64,000 nt of DNA from Deltaproteobacteria bacterium (lineage in GTDB: Bacteria > Myxococcota_A > Polyangia > Fen-1088): the NCBI GenBank assembly GCA_033763315.1, contig JANRKS010000032.1:576001-640000 (forward strand). Reading direction: 5' to 3'. The notes below the pieces were generated by a model, which saw only the letters and a list, made by a program, of their open reading frames with translations, was not told where the DNA came from and did not search any database. The position numbers and the translations under genes were made by a program. Shown piece after piece: positions 9,357 through 20,517 of the stretch. Numbering within the stretch: the stretch's first letter is position 1; each line of letters starts with the position of its first letter.

Positions 9357-12300
9357 TCAGGGCAAGGTCGGCAGCAAAACGTTCGCAAAGCGCAGGGGGC
9401 GTTTCACACCCGCCTGCTGCAGCCATTGGTTTGCCGCTGCCATTTCCGCCGAACGCTCGGCGGGCACAGGGGCCAAGGCAGCGGCACGCAGACGCGCCAC
9501 GGCCGCGTGGCCTTGCATGTTTGCCTGCGAGAACGCCTCGGTCGCCGCTAGGTATAAGGACCGTGCCGCTGCGTCCTGCGCCAAAGCTGCCACGCCAGCC
9601 CGCAGCCCGGCGGCCAATGCTTGGGCCCAAGGGCTGGCCTCTTTGCGGAGCGAGCGCAAAACGCTGTGCAGCTCGCCTAGAGCTTTTGTGCGTTGCAAAG
9701 GTTGTGCGATGGCCCTTGCCAACAAACAACGGCCGCGCAAATCAAGGTGTTCCACGCGGGCCGTTTGGACCCGCAACAACAGCGATCGTCGCAGCGCCTG
9801 CGCGTCGTTGTGCAACCGCTGCCACGCCTGCTCGCCTTGCCCTTGATAAAGCGCGAAGTGGCACTGCGCCACCATCTGCCAATACGACAACGCGTGGTAG
9901 GGCTCGCGCGGCCAGCGTTGCGTTCGCTCCTGCAGCACGCGCGCGCCCGTGACGACGTCATCGTTGAGCAACCACGGAAAACACAACACGGATGAGCTGA
10001 GGCTGGTGGCCGTATACAAATCGCCGCGGGCTTCCGCTTCGGCCACTTGCAGCGGCAGTTGCTGCGCAAGCTCTTTCCACGCGCCCAGATAATAACGCGA
10101 CCACGCGCCAAACAACCGTGCGGAGCCCATTTCCCACCACACGCCCAAACAACCTTCAAAAGTGTTGGCGGCGCTGTCACACAGGCGCACCGCCTCTGTG
10201 TGCTGGGCCTCAAGGTATTTGCCCATGCCTTGCGCCAAAGTGGCCCAGCCTTGCGCGAATGGCTCTTTCACGCGCGCGGCGGCGTGTGCCGCGACTTCCA
10301 CCAACGCCGCCGTTCGCTGTTTTGTTGCCGTGCCTCGCACGGCTGAATATCCCGCTTCGGCCGCCAAGGCGCGTGCGATGCGGTTGGGCTCTCCGAGTTT
10401 CAGCGCCAAACGCAGGTGCCGCGTTTGAAAATCCATCGCGCGCACGTTGTCGATGATGCCCAAAGCTGTGGACACGGACCAGAACACATCAAGCCGCAAC
10501 AACTGCTCCGCAGAGATGGTGGCCTCGGATCGCTCCTGATAGCGCAACCCGCGCCAACGAATGCGCGCGCGCCGCCACAGCAAGGGCAGAAGGGCCCGGC
10601 GAGACGATGAGGCCAAGCGTTCGCCGATGCTGCGCAAGACGACGTCAAGCACCTGCAACCCCGCTTGCAGGTGACCGGTGCGCAGCAACTGCTCTGCCGC
10701 GCGTCGACGCAGATCCAGCGCCTTGTTTGGCTCGCTGTCTTGCGCGGCTGCAAGATAGGCGTTCGCCGCGGCTTCGCCCCGCCCCAAGTTCACGAGCGCG
10801 TGGCCCATCCGCTCGTAAAGGGGGCAAAGGCCTTGTTCTGTCGGGCCGTATAGCGTGATGGCCTGCCCGAGCAGATGCACGGAATGCTCGAACGCCAAGG
10901 CCGCGTCGGCACGCGCGCTCGCCGCGGTGAAGGCCTGCGCTGCCTCTTTTGTGCGCCCCACAGCCAGATAATGCGAGCCCAAGATTTCAGGGTCAGCGTC
11001 TTCGCGGCCCAGCAGGGCATGCAAAAGCTTTGTGTGGCAGTCACGTTGCTGTGCCGGCGGCAACAGCCCCGTGATGGCCGCCCGGATGCGATCGTGATCA
11101 ATCTCAACCACGTTGTCGTGGCTGCGTAGCAGGTGGGCTTGCCGCAGCTCCGTCACACAATCAGCCTGCGTGCGATTCAACGCCGCCGCTTCCATCGCGA
11201 TCTCCAGAAGCGTGGGCCGTCCGGCTGTGGCCACAATGTGCAGCAAAGACCGTGCGGGTGCGCTGAGGGCTTCCATGCGGGCGCGAACCATGTCTTGCAA
11301 CGTTGCGCCCGTGCTGTGCACGTCGCGCTTGCAATGGTTCACAAGCGCACGCAAAAAGAAGGCGTTGCCCGCCGCCTCACGCGCCAAGCTGATCGCCTGC
11401 CGTGGATCCTGCGAAGGCAGCCAGGCTTTCGCAAGGGCCGTGGCGTCCGGCTCCGGAAGCGGCAGAACAGGCAGGGTCACATGCGTCACCGTCGTGGCCT
11501 CTGCCAGGCCTTCGGCGAATGTGCGTAAGCACTGGTTGTCGTCCTCGGTGCGGTGGCACAGCACCAACAACAAAGCGGGCGCGTCGGCGGCGCACAAGGT
11601 TTCAAGCATCAGACGGGCGCTGTCTTCGTCGCCCCATTGCCAGTCGTCGATGCAGATGAGCAACGGCTTTTCGTCAGATAGACGTCCGAGCAATTCGCGA
11701 AACGCATGCCACGCTTGGCGACGTTGGGCTTGTGGATCTGCCGCCAGCGGACGTCGCACCGATCGCGCAAAGGCCGGCACCCGCCGTAACACGGGGAACA
11801 AACGGGTGAGCGCTTCGGCATCTCGGGGCACCACGGCGCTCGTATCCTTGCTTGCCAACAAATGCCGCGTCAGTGCGTCGATCACGCTGTCAAGGCCGCG
11901 GTAGGGCACCAGCTCGCGCTCATAACATCGCCCCGCCAACACCACGGCGTCATGGCGCTGCGCGATCTGTTCAAGCGCGTGCCGCAGCAGGGCGCTTTTG
12001 CCCACGCCCGAACTGCCATGCACCGTCATCACCACGGTGTGCCCCTGTCGCGCCTGCGCAAACGCCCCGTTGATCACGTTGGTTTCCTCGCTGCGCCCCA
12101 CCCACAGGGGGGCTTCGGAAGGCGTCGTTTGCGGCAGCGCCATGGCGCCCAGCGCGGCCAGCACAGTTTGTGCGTTGGGACGCTTCGTTGGATCTTGCTG
12201 TAGGAGCGCTTGGCACAGCTCATCAAGATCCGCCGGCACGTCGGGGCACAGCGCGCGCGGCGAGGGTGCGGGTGTGGTTTGTTTGCTCTGCAACACCTGG

Positions 12301-12962
12301 AACAGATTGCCTTCGAATGGCGGCTGCCCGGTCAACGCTTCGAACAGCATCGCACCCGCGGCGTAAAAATCAGTGCTCGGCTGCAAGGTCTGCCCGGCGG
12401 CTTGTTCGGGCGAAAGATACGCGGGTGTTCCTACGAGCCTTGGTTCAAGCGTTGCGAACAATTGGGTGAGCGCGATGTCCGTGACCAGCCCGAAATCAAG
12501 CAGCACCACGCGGCCTTCGGGCGTTACCAGGGCGTTTGACGGCTTGATGTCACGGTGCAGTTTTCCGGCGCTGTGAAGTGCCTCCATTCCTTGCACCAAA
12601 GCAAAAAACGCTTGGCGCAGGCGCTGCCACGTTTTGTCTGCTCGCACATAGCTGACAAAGTCGATGCCGTTGATCAGCTCCATGCTCAAGAACCAGCGAT
12701 CTTGATCGGCGGCGCCAAACAGTTCGTAAAGGCGCGCCAGGTTCGGGTGCGCCACGTCGGCCAGCGAGCGGAACTCGCGCTTTAGGTGGTAAATGCCGTT
12801 GGCGTCCATGTGGCGCAGCGTTTTGAGTGCCACGTGGCTTTGCCGCTCTTCGTCCCACGCTGCAAAGACCACACCCGTGCTGCCTTCGCCCAGGCGCCGC
12901 TCGAGACGAAACCGTCCCTTCGGTCCTAAGGTCGTTCCTGGTTCAGCCTGTGCGTCCCACAT
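9357..12962 (-). CDS. Ser/Thr protein kinase plus AAA (STAND-like) ATPase plus TPR-like helical region
   Basis: LGEGSTGVV, VALK, HRDIKPSN, DFG, SPE; Walker A GSSGVGKS; Walker B ICIDDWQW. Confidence 0.92.
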   Translation of the reverse strand: MWDAQAEPGTTLGPKGRFRLERRLGEGSTGVVFAAWDEERQSHVALKTLRHMDANGIYHLKREFRSLADVAHPNLARLYELFGAADQDRWFLSMELINGIDFVSYVRADKTWQRLRQAFFALVQGMEALHSAGKLHRDIKPSNALVTPEGRVVLLDFGLVTDIALTQLFATLEPRLVGTPAYLSPEQAAGQTLQPSTDFYAAGAMLFEALTGQPPFEGNLFQVLQSKQTTPAPSPRALCPDVPADLDELCQALLQQDPTKRPNAQTVLAALGAMALPQTTPSEAPLWVGRSEETNVINGAFAQARQGHTVVMTVHGSSGVGKSALLRHALEQIAQRHDAVVLAGRCYERELVPYRGLDSVIDALTRHLLASKDTSAVVPRDAEALTRLFPVLRRVPAFARSVRRPLAADPQAQRRQAWHAFRELLGRLSDEKPLLICIDDWQWGDEDSARLMLETLCAADAPALLLVLCHRTEDDNQCLRTFAEGLAEATTVTHVTLPVLPLPEPDATALAKAWLPSQDPRQAISLAREAAGNAFFLRALVNHCKRDVHSTGATLQDMVRARMEALSAPARSLLHIVATAGRPTLLEIAMEAAALNRTQADCVTELRQAHLLRSHDNVVEIDHDRIRAAITGLLPPAQQRDCHTKLLHALLGREDADPEILGSHYLAVGRTKEAAQAFTAASARADAALAFEHSVHLLGQAITLYGPTEQGLCPLYERMGHALVNLGRGEAAANAYLAAAQDSEPNKALDLRRRAAEQLLRTGHLQAGLQVLDVVLRSIGERLASSSRRALLPLLWRRARIRWRGLRYQERSEATISAEQLLRLDVFWSVSTALGIIDNVRAMDFQTRHLRLALKLGEPNRIARALAAEAGYSAVRGTATKQRTAALVEVAAHAAARVKEPFAQGWATLAQGMGKYLEAQHTEAVRLCDSAANTFEGCLGVWWEMGSARLFGAWSRYYLGAWKELAQQLPLQVAEAEARGDLYTATSLSSSVLCFPWLLNDDVVTGARVLQERTQRWPREPYHALSYWQMVAQCHFALYQGQGEQAWQRLHNDAQALRRSLLLRVQTARVEHLDLRGRCLLARAIAQPLQRTKALGELHSVLRSLRKEASPWAQALAAGLRAGVAALAQDAAARSLYLAATEAFSQANMQGHAAVARLRAAALAPVPAERSAEMAAANQWLQQAGVKRPLRFANVLLPTLP

Positions 12963-13197
12963 GGTGTCTCTGCGTCTTCACCGCGGCCCTAGGACGCGCG
13001 ACCGCGAAAAATCGTGCACGCCAAATAGGAAAAACGCCGCGGCCTGTGTCTTGCGCCACAAGTGTTGTGCTGCAAGGGCAAGGACCAGTGCGGCCACGGC
13101 GAAGGCATGCCCCCACTATAAAACCAAGGCCTGTGTGTCCGGCAAGAGCGCCGATGCCCGCATCACAGGTCGTGCGGCAATTTTGCCCCTCGGCCCT

Positions 13198-13238
13198 GAA
13201 ACAGCAACGGCGAGCCACCTGGTAGGGGGGCTCGCCGT
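13198..13238 (-). terminator. intrinsic terminator after the reductase operon
   Basis: ACGGCGAGCC...GGCTCGCCGT stem (13207-13238), followed on the minus strand by TGCTGTTTC. Confidence 0.55.
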
Positions 13239-13258
13239 CGGTGCACCAACCGCAAAGG

Positions 13259-13843
13259 TTAGTTGCTGGGTGGCCCGCCCAAGCGCGCCAAAATGTCGGT
13301 CAACGCCTGTGGCTTTGCGCCGGCCGCGAGCGTCACAGACACAGTGAACAACTCACGCGGCTCGGACACCAACTTCAGCTCCACCGGCCCGCCCAGCGCC
13401 TCCGTGAAAAACGCGCTCAGTTCCGATTTGAAGGCGTCGAGCGTGGCTTGTGTGCTGGGCGCGCCCAACCGATCGTTGACCCGGAACAATAGTTCATCGG
13501 TGGCGAACTTTACGCCCAACGATGCCTCGGCCTGCAACCCCGCCGCGACGTTCACAGCGCGGCGGAAGCTGTCACGCAAGCGTTCTGCCGGAGCCGGTGC
13601 CTCTCGCTTGCGGCTGTAGAGCAAGCCCAAGCGGCCCTTGCCTTCGTCAATGTAGTAGTCGCTGCCATGGCCCACAAACAGGATCCCGGGCCCCGCGGGC
13701 ACGTGATCGTAAGGCGCCACGTCGATCATCAACTCGGGCAACTTCTTCGTGCGAATCCACTCGTGAAACACAGGCACAAACGCCTCCAGGTGGGCGCTGT
13801 GGTTGGTGGTAAACAACTTAATCTGAATCTTTTGCACGTTCAT
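13259..13843 (-). CDS. hypothetical protein co-transcribed with the nitrite/sulfite reductase
   Basis: ATG 13843 with AAGGA RBS, 10 nt after the reductase stop; motif FHEWIR...IDVAPYDHVPAGPGILFVGH. Confidence 0.75.
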   Translation of the reverse strand: MNVQKIQIKLFTTNHSAHLEAFVPVFHEWIRTKKLPELMIDVAPYDHVPAGPGILFVGHGSDYYIDEGKGRLGLLYSRKREAPAPAERLRDSFRRAVNVAAGLQAEASLGVKFATDELLFRVNDRLGAPSTQATLDAFKSELSAFFTEALGGPVELKLVSEPRELFTVSVTLAAGAKPQALTDILARLGGPPSN

Positions 13844-13853
13844 CTGGCGTTCC

Positions 13854-16136
13854 TTAAACCACAGGGGCCGCTGGGTTGGCGCTGGACCCAATGCGTACGT
13901 AGCACTGGTGAGACGCGTCCACGAACAGCTGGGCTTCCTCAATCATCTGGTGGGCCGCTTCGAAATTATCGGCCTTGCCTGCATCTTCATGCGTCTTGAA
14001 CAAGATGTTCGCAAAGCGTGGGCCTCCGAACGGATCGAAGAACAACTGTGTGTCGAAAAAGTGCTTCTTGAATTCAGCCACGATCTCATTGGGATCGTCG
14101 CTCAGATTCAGGTTGCGATCCTTGGTCAAAGCGCGCGCCGCTTGCAGCATCGAGCTGTAAGCGCGGCGGCCGGCGCCTGCAATGTCGCCCTTGTCCAGAA
14201 GCTCTTGTGCCTCATAGATCTCTCGCTCGGCGCCTGCCAAGCCCACCTCGATCAAAGGGACCACTTCGCCCGCGCACTCGCCCACACCCATGTCGCCGAT
14301 GGTGTAAACGCGGGGATCGCCCCAGTCGCTGTAGAAGTTTGGATCTTGCTCAAAGCTGGGGATCGCTTGCAATTCGTCCACCAGCGCGCGGATTTCCTTT
14401 TTGCCGACGCGGTTGATGTACGTGTGGAAGCTCTCGTCCACTTGGCGTTCAGCATCGTACTTGGCGACGATGCGTTTGACCGCCTCAGGCACGCGCTTGG
14501 AAGGAATGGCGCCAATCGCCATGCCGTAAGAGCCCGCGTTGTTCTCCCACTCGCCACCCACAACCAATTGGAAGTGGGGCACGCGGCGGCCGTTCACGTT
14601 GCGGCTCACGCCCAGAAAACCAAGGTCGGCCACGTGGTGTTGCCCGCATGAATTAAAGCATCCGCTCGACTTGATGTGCAAGCCACGCGCGGCAGGCGGC
14701 AGCGTGTCGCCCATCGCTTTGAGTTGCTTTGACAGTTCGGCCGAAAGCGATCGCGACGAAGAGATACCCAGCTTGCACGTGTCGGTGCCAGGGCACGACG
14801 TGATGTCGCTGATGGTGCCCGCGCCGCCGGCGCCCAAGCCAATCTTCTCCAGATCGGCGCGCAAAGCGGGCAAATCAGCGTTGCTCACCCAACGCATCAC
14901 CAGGTTTTGATCCGCGGTGGCGCGCAAAGTGTCGCCCGTGTACTTGGTCATCAGGTCTGCCAGCGATCGCGCTTGATCCGATGTGAAATCGCCGAGCGGC
15001 AACGTGATGGTGACAGCGGAATAACCCTCTTGTGCTTGCGGCCGCACGTTGGTCTTTTGCCACGCGGTGAACGCCGCGGGTTGCTCTGCCGGCACGGGAC
15101 CAGGCGCGCGCACGGGCTTCTCGTCGACCACGTGCAAATCGCCCAAGAACGCCGTCCACCGCTCATCGGGACGCAGCTTGGCGCGCTCTTCGACCACCAA
15201 ACGCTTGAACTCTTCGAGGCCCAACTTCTTCACCAAGAACTTCAAACGCGCTTTGGCACGGTTGGCTTTTTCACCCAAGCGGGCAAACACGCGGCAGATC
15301 GCCTGCGACGTGGGCAAAAGTTCGTCTTCGGGCAAAAATTCGTCGAACAACAAAGCGTTTTGCGGCACGGCACCCAGGCCGCCGCCCACGTAGAACTTAA
15401 AGCCACGTTCAAGCTTGCCGTTGTCCATGCGGGACGTGGCCACGGCACCGATGTCGTGGAAGTTCGCCAAGCCGCAGGATTCACCCTCGCAGCCTGAAAA
15501 AGCGATCTTGAACTTGCGCCCGAAGTCTTGTGCGTCGTCGTGGCCCAACAAGAAGTACGTCAACGCGTTGGCGTAGGGGGTCACGTCGAACGATTGGCCG
15601 TGGCACACGCCCGCAAACGGGCACGCTGTGACGTTGCGTACGCTGTTGCCGCACGCTTCACGGGTTGTGATGCCCACCGCAGCCAAGCGGCGCATCAGGT
15701 CAGGTGTGTCTTCGATGTGCACGAAGTGCAGCTGAATGTCTTGGCGGGTTGTGACGTGCAGGATTTGGTCTGAATATTCCTCGGCCAGTTCGGCCAGCAC
15801 TTCCAATTGACGCACGCTGATCTTCCCGAAGGGGATCTTGATGCGCATCATGCCAGGGGCGTCCCACACGGTCACAGGGCCCTTGGTCAACGTGCCGCAC
15901 GGGAAGTTCAGCTCTTGCGACTTTTCGCCGTCATGGCGTTGGCCGTTGTCGTACCGCTGCCCGTAAACCCCGCGCCGCAGACGCGTTTCGGCGAACAGCT
16001 TCTCTTCAATCTTGCCTTGCTTGCGCAAGTTGATCTGGGTTTCAAAAACATCAATCTCACGAGCCAGGGGCTCGGCGATTTGGCCAGCCAGCTTTTCTTT
16101 CCAGGTCGGGAGGGAGGGGGACGACGGTGATGACAT
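13854..16136 (-). CDS. siroheme [4Fe-4S] nitrite/sulfite reductase (NirA/CysI-like) with C-terminal HEPN-like domain
   Basis: RLRRGVYGQR, HVTTRQDIQ, EACGNSVRN, RKFKIAFSGC; ligand motifs CPGTDTC and SGCFNSC; tail RRAYSSMLQAARAL. Start set at ATG 16136 because the longer ORF overlaps pssA. Confidence 0.9.
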   Translation of the reverse strand: MSSPSSPSLPTWKEKLAGQIAEPLAREIDVFETQINLRKQGKIEEKLFAETRLRRGVYGQRYDNGQRHDGEKSQELNFPCGTLTKGPVTVWDAPGMMRIKIPFGKISVRQLEVLAELAEEYSDQILHVTTRQDIQLHFVHIEDTPDLMRRLAAVGITTREACGNSVRNVTACPFAGVCHGQSFDVTPYANALTYFLLGHDDAQDFGRKFKIAFSGCEGESCGLANFHDIGAVATSRMDNGKLERGFKFYVGGGLGAVPQNALLFDEFLPEDELLPTSQAICRVFARLGEKANRAKARLKFLVKKLGLEEFKRLVVEERAKLRPDERWTAFLGDLHVVDEKPVRAPGPVPAEQPAAFTAWQKTNVRPQAQEGYSAVTITLPLGDFTSDQARSLADLMTKYTGDTLRATADQNLVMRWVSNADLPALRADLEKIGLGAGGAGTISDITSCPGTDTCKLGISSSRSLSAELSKQLKAMGDTLPPAARGLHIKSSGCFNSCGQHHVADLGFLGVSRNVNGRRVPHFQLVVGGEWENNAGSYGMAIGAIPSKRVPEAVKRIVAKYDAERQVDESFHTYINRVGKKEIRALVDELQAIPSFEQDPNFYSDWGDPRVYTIGDMGVGECAGEVVPLIEVGLAGAEREIYEAQELLDKGDIAGAGRRAYSSMLQAARALTKDRNLNLSDDPNEIVAEFKKHFFDTQLFFDPFGGPRFANILFKTHEDAGKADNFEAAHQMIEEAQLFVDASHQCYVRIGSSANPAAPVV

Positions 16137-16269
16137 AGTGCGTTGCTTCCGAGAGGGGTCCAAGTGGACGGGAAGGCGGCATCCTACAAGGTTTGATTGC
16201 GAAATCCACGCGCCCCCCGTCACCGATAAGTCCAGGTTTCGCGCCAACAAAGGTGACGAGGGCCGGGGA

Positions 16270-16905
16270 ATGCCAGTATCTTTACAGGCCATGCGCCGGC
16301 CGCCCTTCCAGATGATCCGCTCCTTCCACTTGGCGGACCTATTTACCTTGGCCAACGCATTTTGTGGCATGGGCGCGGTCTTTGCGGCGATGTCGGCCAT
16401 GGAGGCCCAATCGGCGCGGGGCTTGGTGGCCTCGGCGGCGTTCATTCCCTTGGCCCTGTTCTTCGATGTGTTAGACGGCAACATCGCGCGCTGGCGGAGG
16501 GCGCACTCGGCCATGGGGCGTGAGTTGGATTCGCTGGCGGATGTGATTTCGTTCGGCGTGGCGCCCGCGGCTTTGGCTTATGCGGCCGGCATGCGCGGGT
16601 TGTGGGATTGCTTCATTCTCACGTACTTTGTGGCCTGCGGTGTGAGCCGTTTGGCGCGCTTCAACGTAACTGCCGAGGCGCTTTCCGAAGGCAGCGGCAA
16701 GGTGAAATTCTTCGAAGGCACCCCCATCCCCACCAGCATCGCGTTGGTGGGCGTGGTGGCGTGGGCCGCACATGCAGAGCGCGTGAATGAGGCGCTCTAC
16801 TTCGGCTCGATGAAGCTTGGCCCGGGCGTGTTTCATCCGTTGGTGGTGCTGTTTGCGATTTCGGGATCGCTGATGATCAGCACCATCCGCATTCCGAAGT
16901 TCTAA
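16270..16905 (+). CDS. pssA: CDP-diacylglycerol--serine O-phosphatidyltransferase (CDP-alcohol phosphatidyltransferase family)
   Basis: DVLDGNIAR...MGRELDSLADVISFGVAPA, RLARFNV, FEGTPIP. Start is 16270 or 16291. Confidence 0.88.
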   Translation: MPVSLQAMRRPPFQMIRSFHLADLFTLANAFCGMGAVFAAMSAMEAQSARGLVASAAFIPLALFFDVLDGNIARWRRAHSAMGRELDSLADVISFGVAPAALAYAAGMRGLWDCFILTYFVACGVSRLARFNVTAEALSEGSGKVKFFEGTPIPTSIALVGVVAWAAHAERVNEALYFGSMKLGPGVFHPLVVLFAISGSLMISTIRIPKF

Positions 16906-17468
16906 AGCTGTGATTTTTCGGCTTCGCTGCGCGCCGGCACACATGTTAAGAAGGCTTGCACGTCCGCCAGTTGCAGCTCGTGCAGAGTGTCGGCTTCCTG
17001 CACGAGCAAGCTGGCTTGGTTTTCGCGGCGGGGGGCGATGCCGATCAAGTGCACACGCACGCCAAACGCCTGTGCTTGTTCCACACCTGGGCGCAGATCT
17101 TCATCGCCTGTCAACACCAGCGCATCCGCGATCGCTTTGTTTTGCGCCAGAGCGACAAGATCACTGATCAGCAATTCGTCCACACCGCGTTGGCCACCTT
17201 CGGGTGTCATGGCACCGATGCGCACTTTGACGTTGTGGCAATAAGCCATGGCCACCTGTTGAGGCGTGGGGGCGGCCGTGGCGCCGTCGTACCAATAGAT
17301 CCTCAAGAGTGGCAAGCCGGACAGCGCCGCCGTCAGCTCGTGCAATGTTGCAATGATGCGTTCGTGGTTAAGCTGCAACTGCCGGCGAGGCAGGCGCTCG
17401 TTGGCCACAAGCTTAGAGCCCGAGGCAAATAAATAGCCCGCATCTACGAAAACGGCCGCACGATCCAT
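16902..17468 (-). CDS. NYN domain (LabA/DUF88, PIN-like) protein
   Basis: VFVDAGY, RIYWYDG, QRGVD, LTGDEDL acidic residues. Confidence 0.9.
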   Translation of the reverse strand: MDRAAVFVDAGYLFASGSKLVANERLPRRQLQLNHERIIATLHELTAALSGLPLLRIYWYDGATAAPTPQQVAMAYCHNVKVRIGAMTPEGGQRGVDELLISDLVALAQNKAIADALVLTGDEDLRPGVEQAQAFGVRVHLIGIAPRRENQASLLVQEADTLHELQLADVQAFLTCVPARSEAEKSQL

Positions 17469-17589
17469 AAGGGACCCTACCAGGATTGTGAACGCAACCG
17501 CGCCGGCGCAGTAAGAAAAGCGCGCCGCCGGGCGGCCAACCGTTATTCTGCAAAGCGAACCACCACCTTTCGTTCACCAAAGGAAGCCT

Positions 17590-18006
17590 GTGCGACCAGA
17601 ACTTGTGTTCGTGCCAGCGGCTGCGCTGGCCCTATGGACCTGTTTGATCTTGTTCTTCTTGGGCGCCAAGCGGGTGGGGGCTGTGCGGGCGCGGCGCGTG
17701 CGCGCAGGCGACTTTCGCACGGGCGATAGCGCGGCGGTGCCGGCAGACTTGGTGCTCATCAACCGTAACTTGATGAATCTGCTCGAGATGCCGGTGCTGT
17801 TCTATGCGGTTTGCACGGCGTTCTATGTCACGCACCTTGTTGTGCCTGCCATCGTGTGGTTGGCGGCGTTGTTCACGTTGCTGCGGGTGGTGCATAGCTT
17901 CGTTCAAATCGGCACCGCGTGGATTGGGCGGCGGCTGATGGTTTTCGCCCTCAGCAACCTACTGTTGGTGGCGCTGTGGCTTTGGTTCCTGGCTCGGTTG
18001 CTTTAG
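17590..18006 (+). CDS. MAPEG family membrane protein
   Basis: NRNLMNLLEMPVLFY and RVVHS; four hydrophobic segments. Confidence 0.85.
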   Translation: MRPELVFVPAAALALWTCLILFFLGAKRVGAVRARRVRAGDFRTGDSAAVPADLVLINRNLMNLLEMPVLFYAVCTAFYVTHLVVPAIVWLAALFTLLRVVHSFVQIGTAWIGRRLMVFALSNLLLVALWLWFLARLL

Positions 18007-18210
18007 CCACTTTGTTGCCGTTCATCTGCGCGTTCTGCAGCCGCCTCGGAATCGAACACGTATGGCTGCCCCTCTCTGCGCGGGCGGACGAAGATCACTG
18101 AAGGAGGCCCCTTTTTGTGCAACCCCTTGACGCCGTTTTTGCCGTGATTCCGAAAAAAGGCCGTCGGAAAACGACTGCAAAGGACAGCGAAAAGACAGGA
18201 GGACAACCCC

Positions 18211-18498
18211 ATGAAAGTTAGGCCCATTCATGATCGCATCCTGATCAAACGTACAGAGGAAGAACAGAAGACCCAAGGTGGCTTGTTTATCCCGGATACA
18301 GCCAAAGAGAAGCCCCAGCAGGGCGTGGTGGTGGCGGTAGGCAATGGCAAGGCGTTGGACGATGGGCAGGTGCGCGGGTTGCAAGTGAAAGCGGGCGATA
18401 AGGTTCTGTTCGCCAAGTACACGGGCACCGATGTGAAGGTGAACAACGAAGAGCATCTGATCTTGAAGGAAGACGAAGTCCTTGCCGTGATCGAATAA
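18211..18498 (+). CDS. groES: co-chaperonin GroES
   Basis: [33 protein letters not shown]; AGGAGG RBS. Confidence 0.98.
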   Translation: MKVRPIHDRILIKRTEEEQKTQGGLFIPDTAKEKPQQGVVVAVGNGKALDDGQVRGLQVKAGDKVLFAKYTGTDVKVNNEEHLILKEDEVLAVIE

Positions 18499-18533
18499 CG
18501 CACCTTTTAAGGAGACAACGAGGAGACAGACAC

Positions 18534-20168
<1,635 letters not shown>

Positions 20169-20193
20169 CCCAGGGACGCTAAGTCCACGCAAC

Positions 20194-20243
20194 GCGGCCG
20201 TGGGAATGCTGAAATGGCGTTTCTCCACGGCCGCTTTTTATTT
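20194..20243 (+). terminator. intrinsic terminator of groESL
   Basis: GCGGCCGTGG...CCACGGCCGC stem followed by TTTTTATTT. Confidence 0.8.
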
Positions 20244-20278
20244 GCCACGGGCTGCTCGTTAGTTCAGTATGTTTGCCC

Positions 20279-20515
20279 ATGGGGTCGGTGATTGGGGTGG
20301 CGATTTTTCCTTGTGCCCACTGCAGCAAAAACTGCGATGGAACAGTGGTTTTCACGCGCGCAGGCTTTGTTCACATCACGTGCTTGGGCGCCTTTAAACG
20401 GTCCGAGAAGTTCAAACGATTGTTGGCGGAAGATCCGCACGTGATGATGGCCGAAGATCGCTGCACCAACTGCGGCGGTGGCTGCCGATCTACTTGTTGG
20501 ATGCAAGACCGTTGA
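20279..20515 (+). CDS. small Cys-rich protein, putative metal-binding
   Basis: C-x2-C-x16-H-x2-C and C-x2-C-x3-C-x3-C; fills the gap between the groEL terminator and the convergent DUF1552 stop. Confidence 0.55.
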   Translation: MGSVIGVAIFPCAHCSKNCDGTVVFTRAGFVHITCLGAFKRSEKFKRLLAEDPHVMMAEDRCTNCGGGCRSTCWMQDR

Positions 20516-20517
20516 GG

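Noticed and set aside
12963-13200. Small ORFs or ncRNA upstream of the kinase
   Set aside because: No frame has a convincing start, RBS or motif; I treated it as promoter region.
16137-16514. 126 aa N-terminal extension of the reductase in the ORF track
   Set aside because: It is antisense to pssA and not reductase-like; ATG 16136 is the more plausible start.
13854-17468. HEPN plus NYN as a toxin/defence RNase module
   Set aside because: The HEPN-like domain is fused to a metabolic enzyme and lacks Rx4-6H; the NYN gene is separated from it by pssA.
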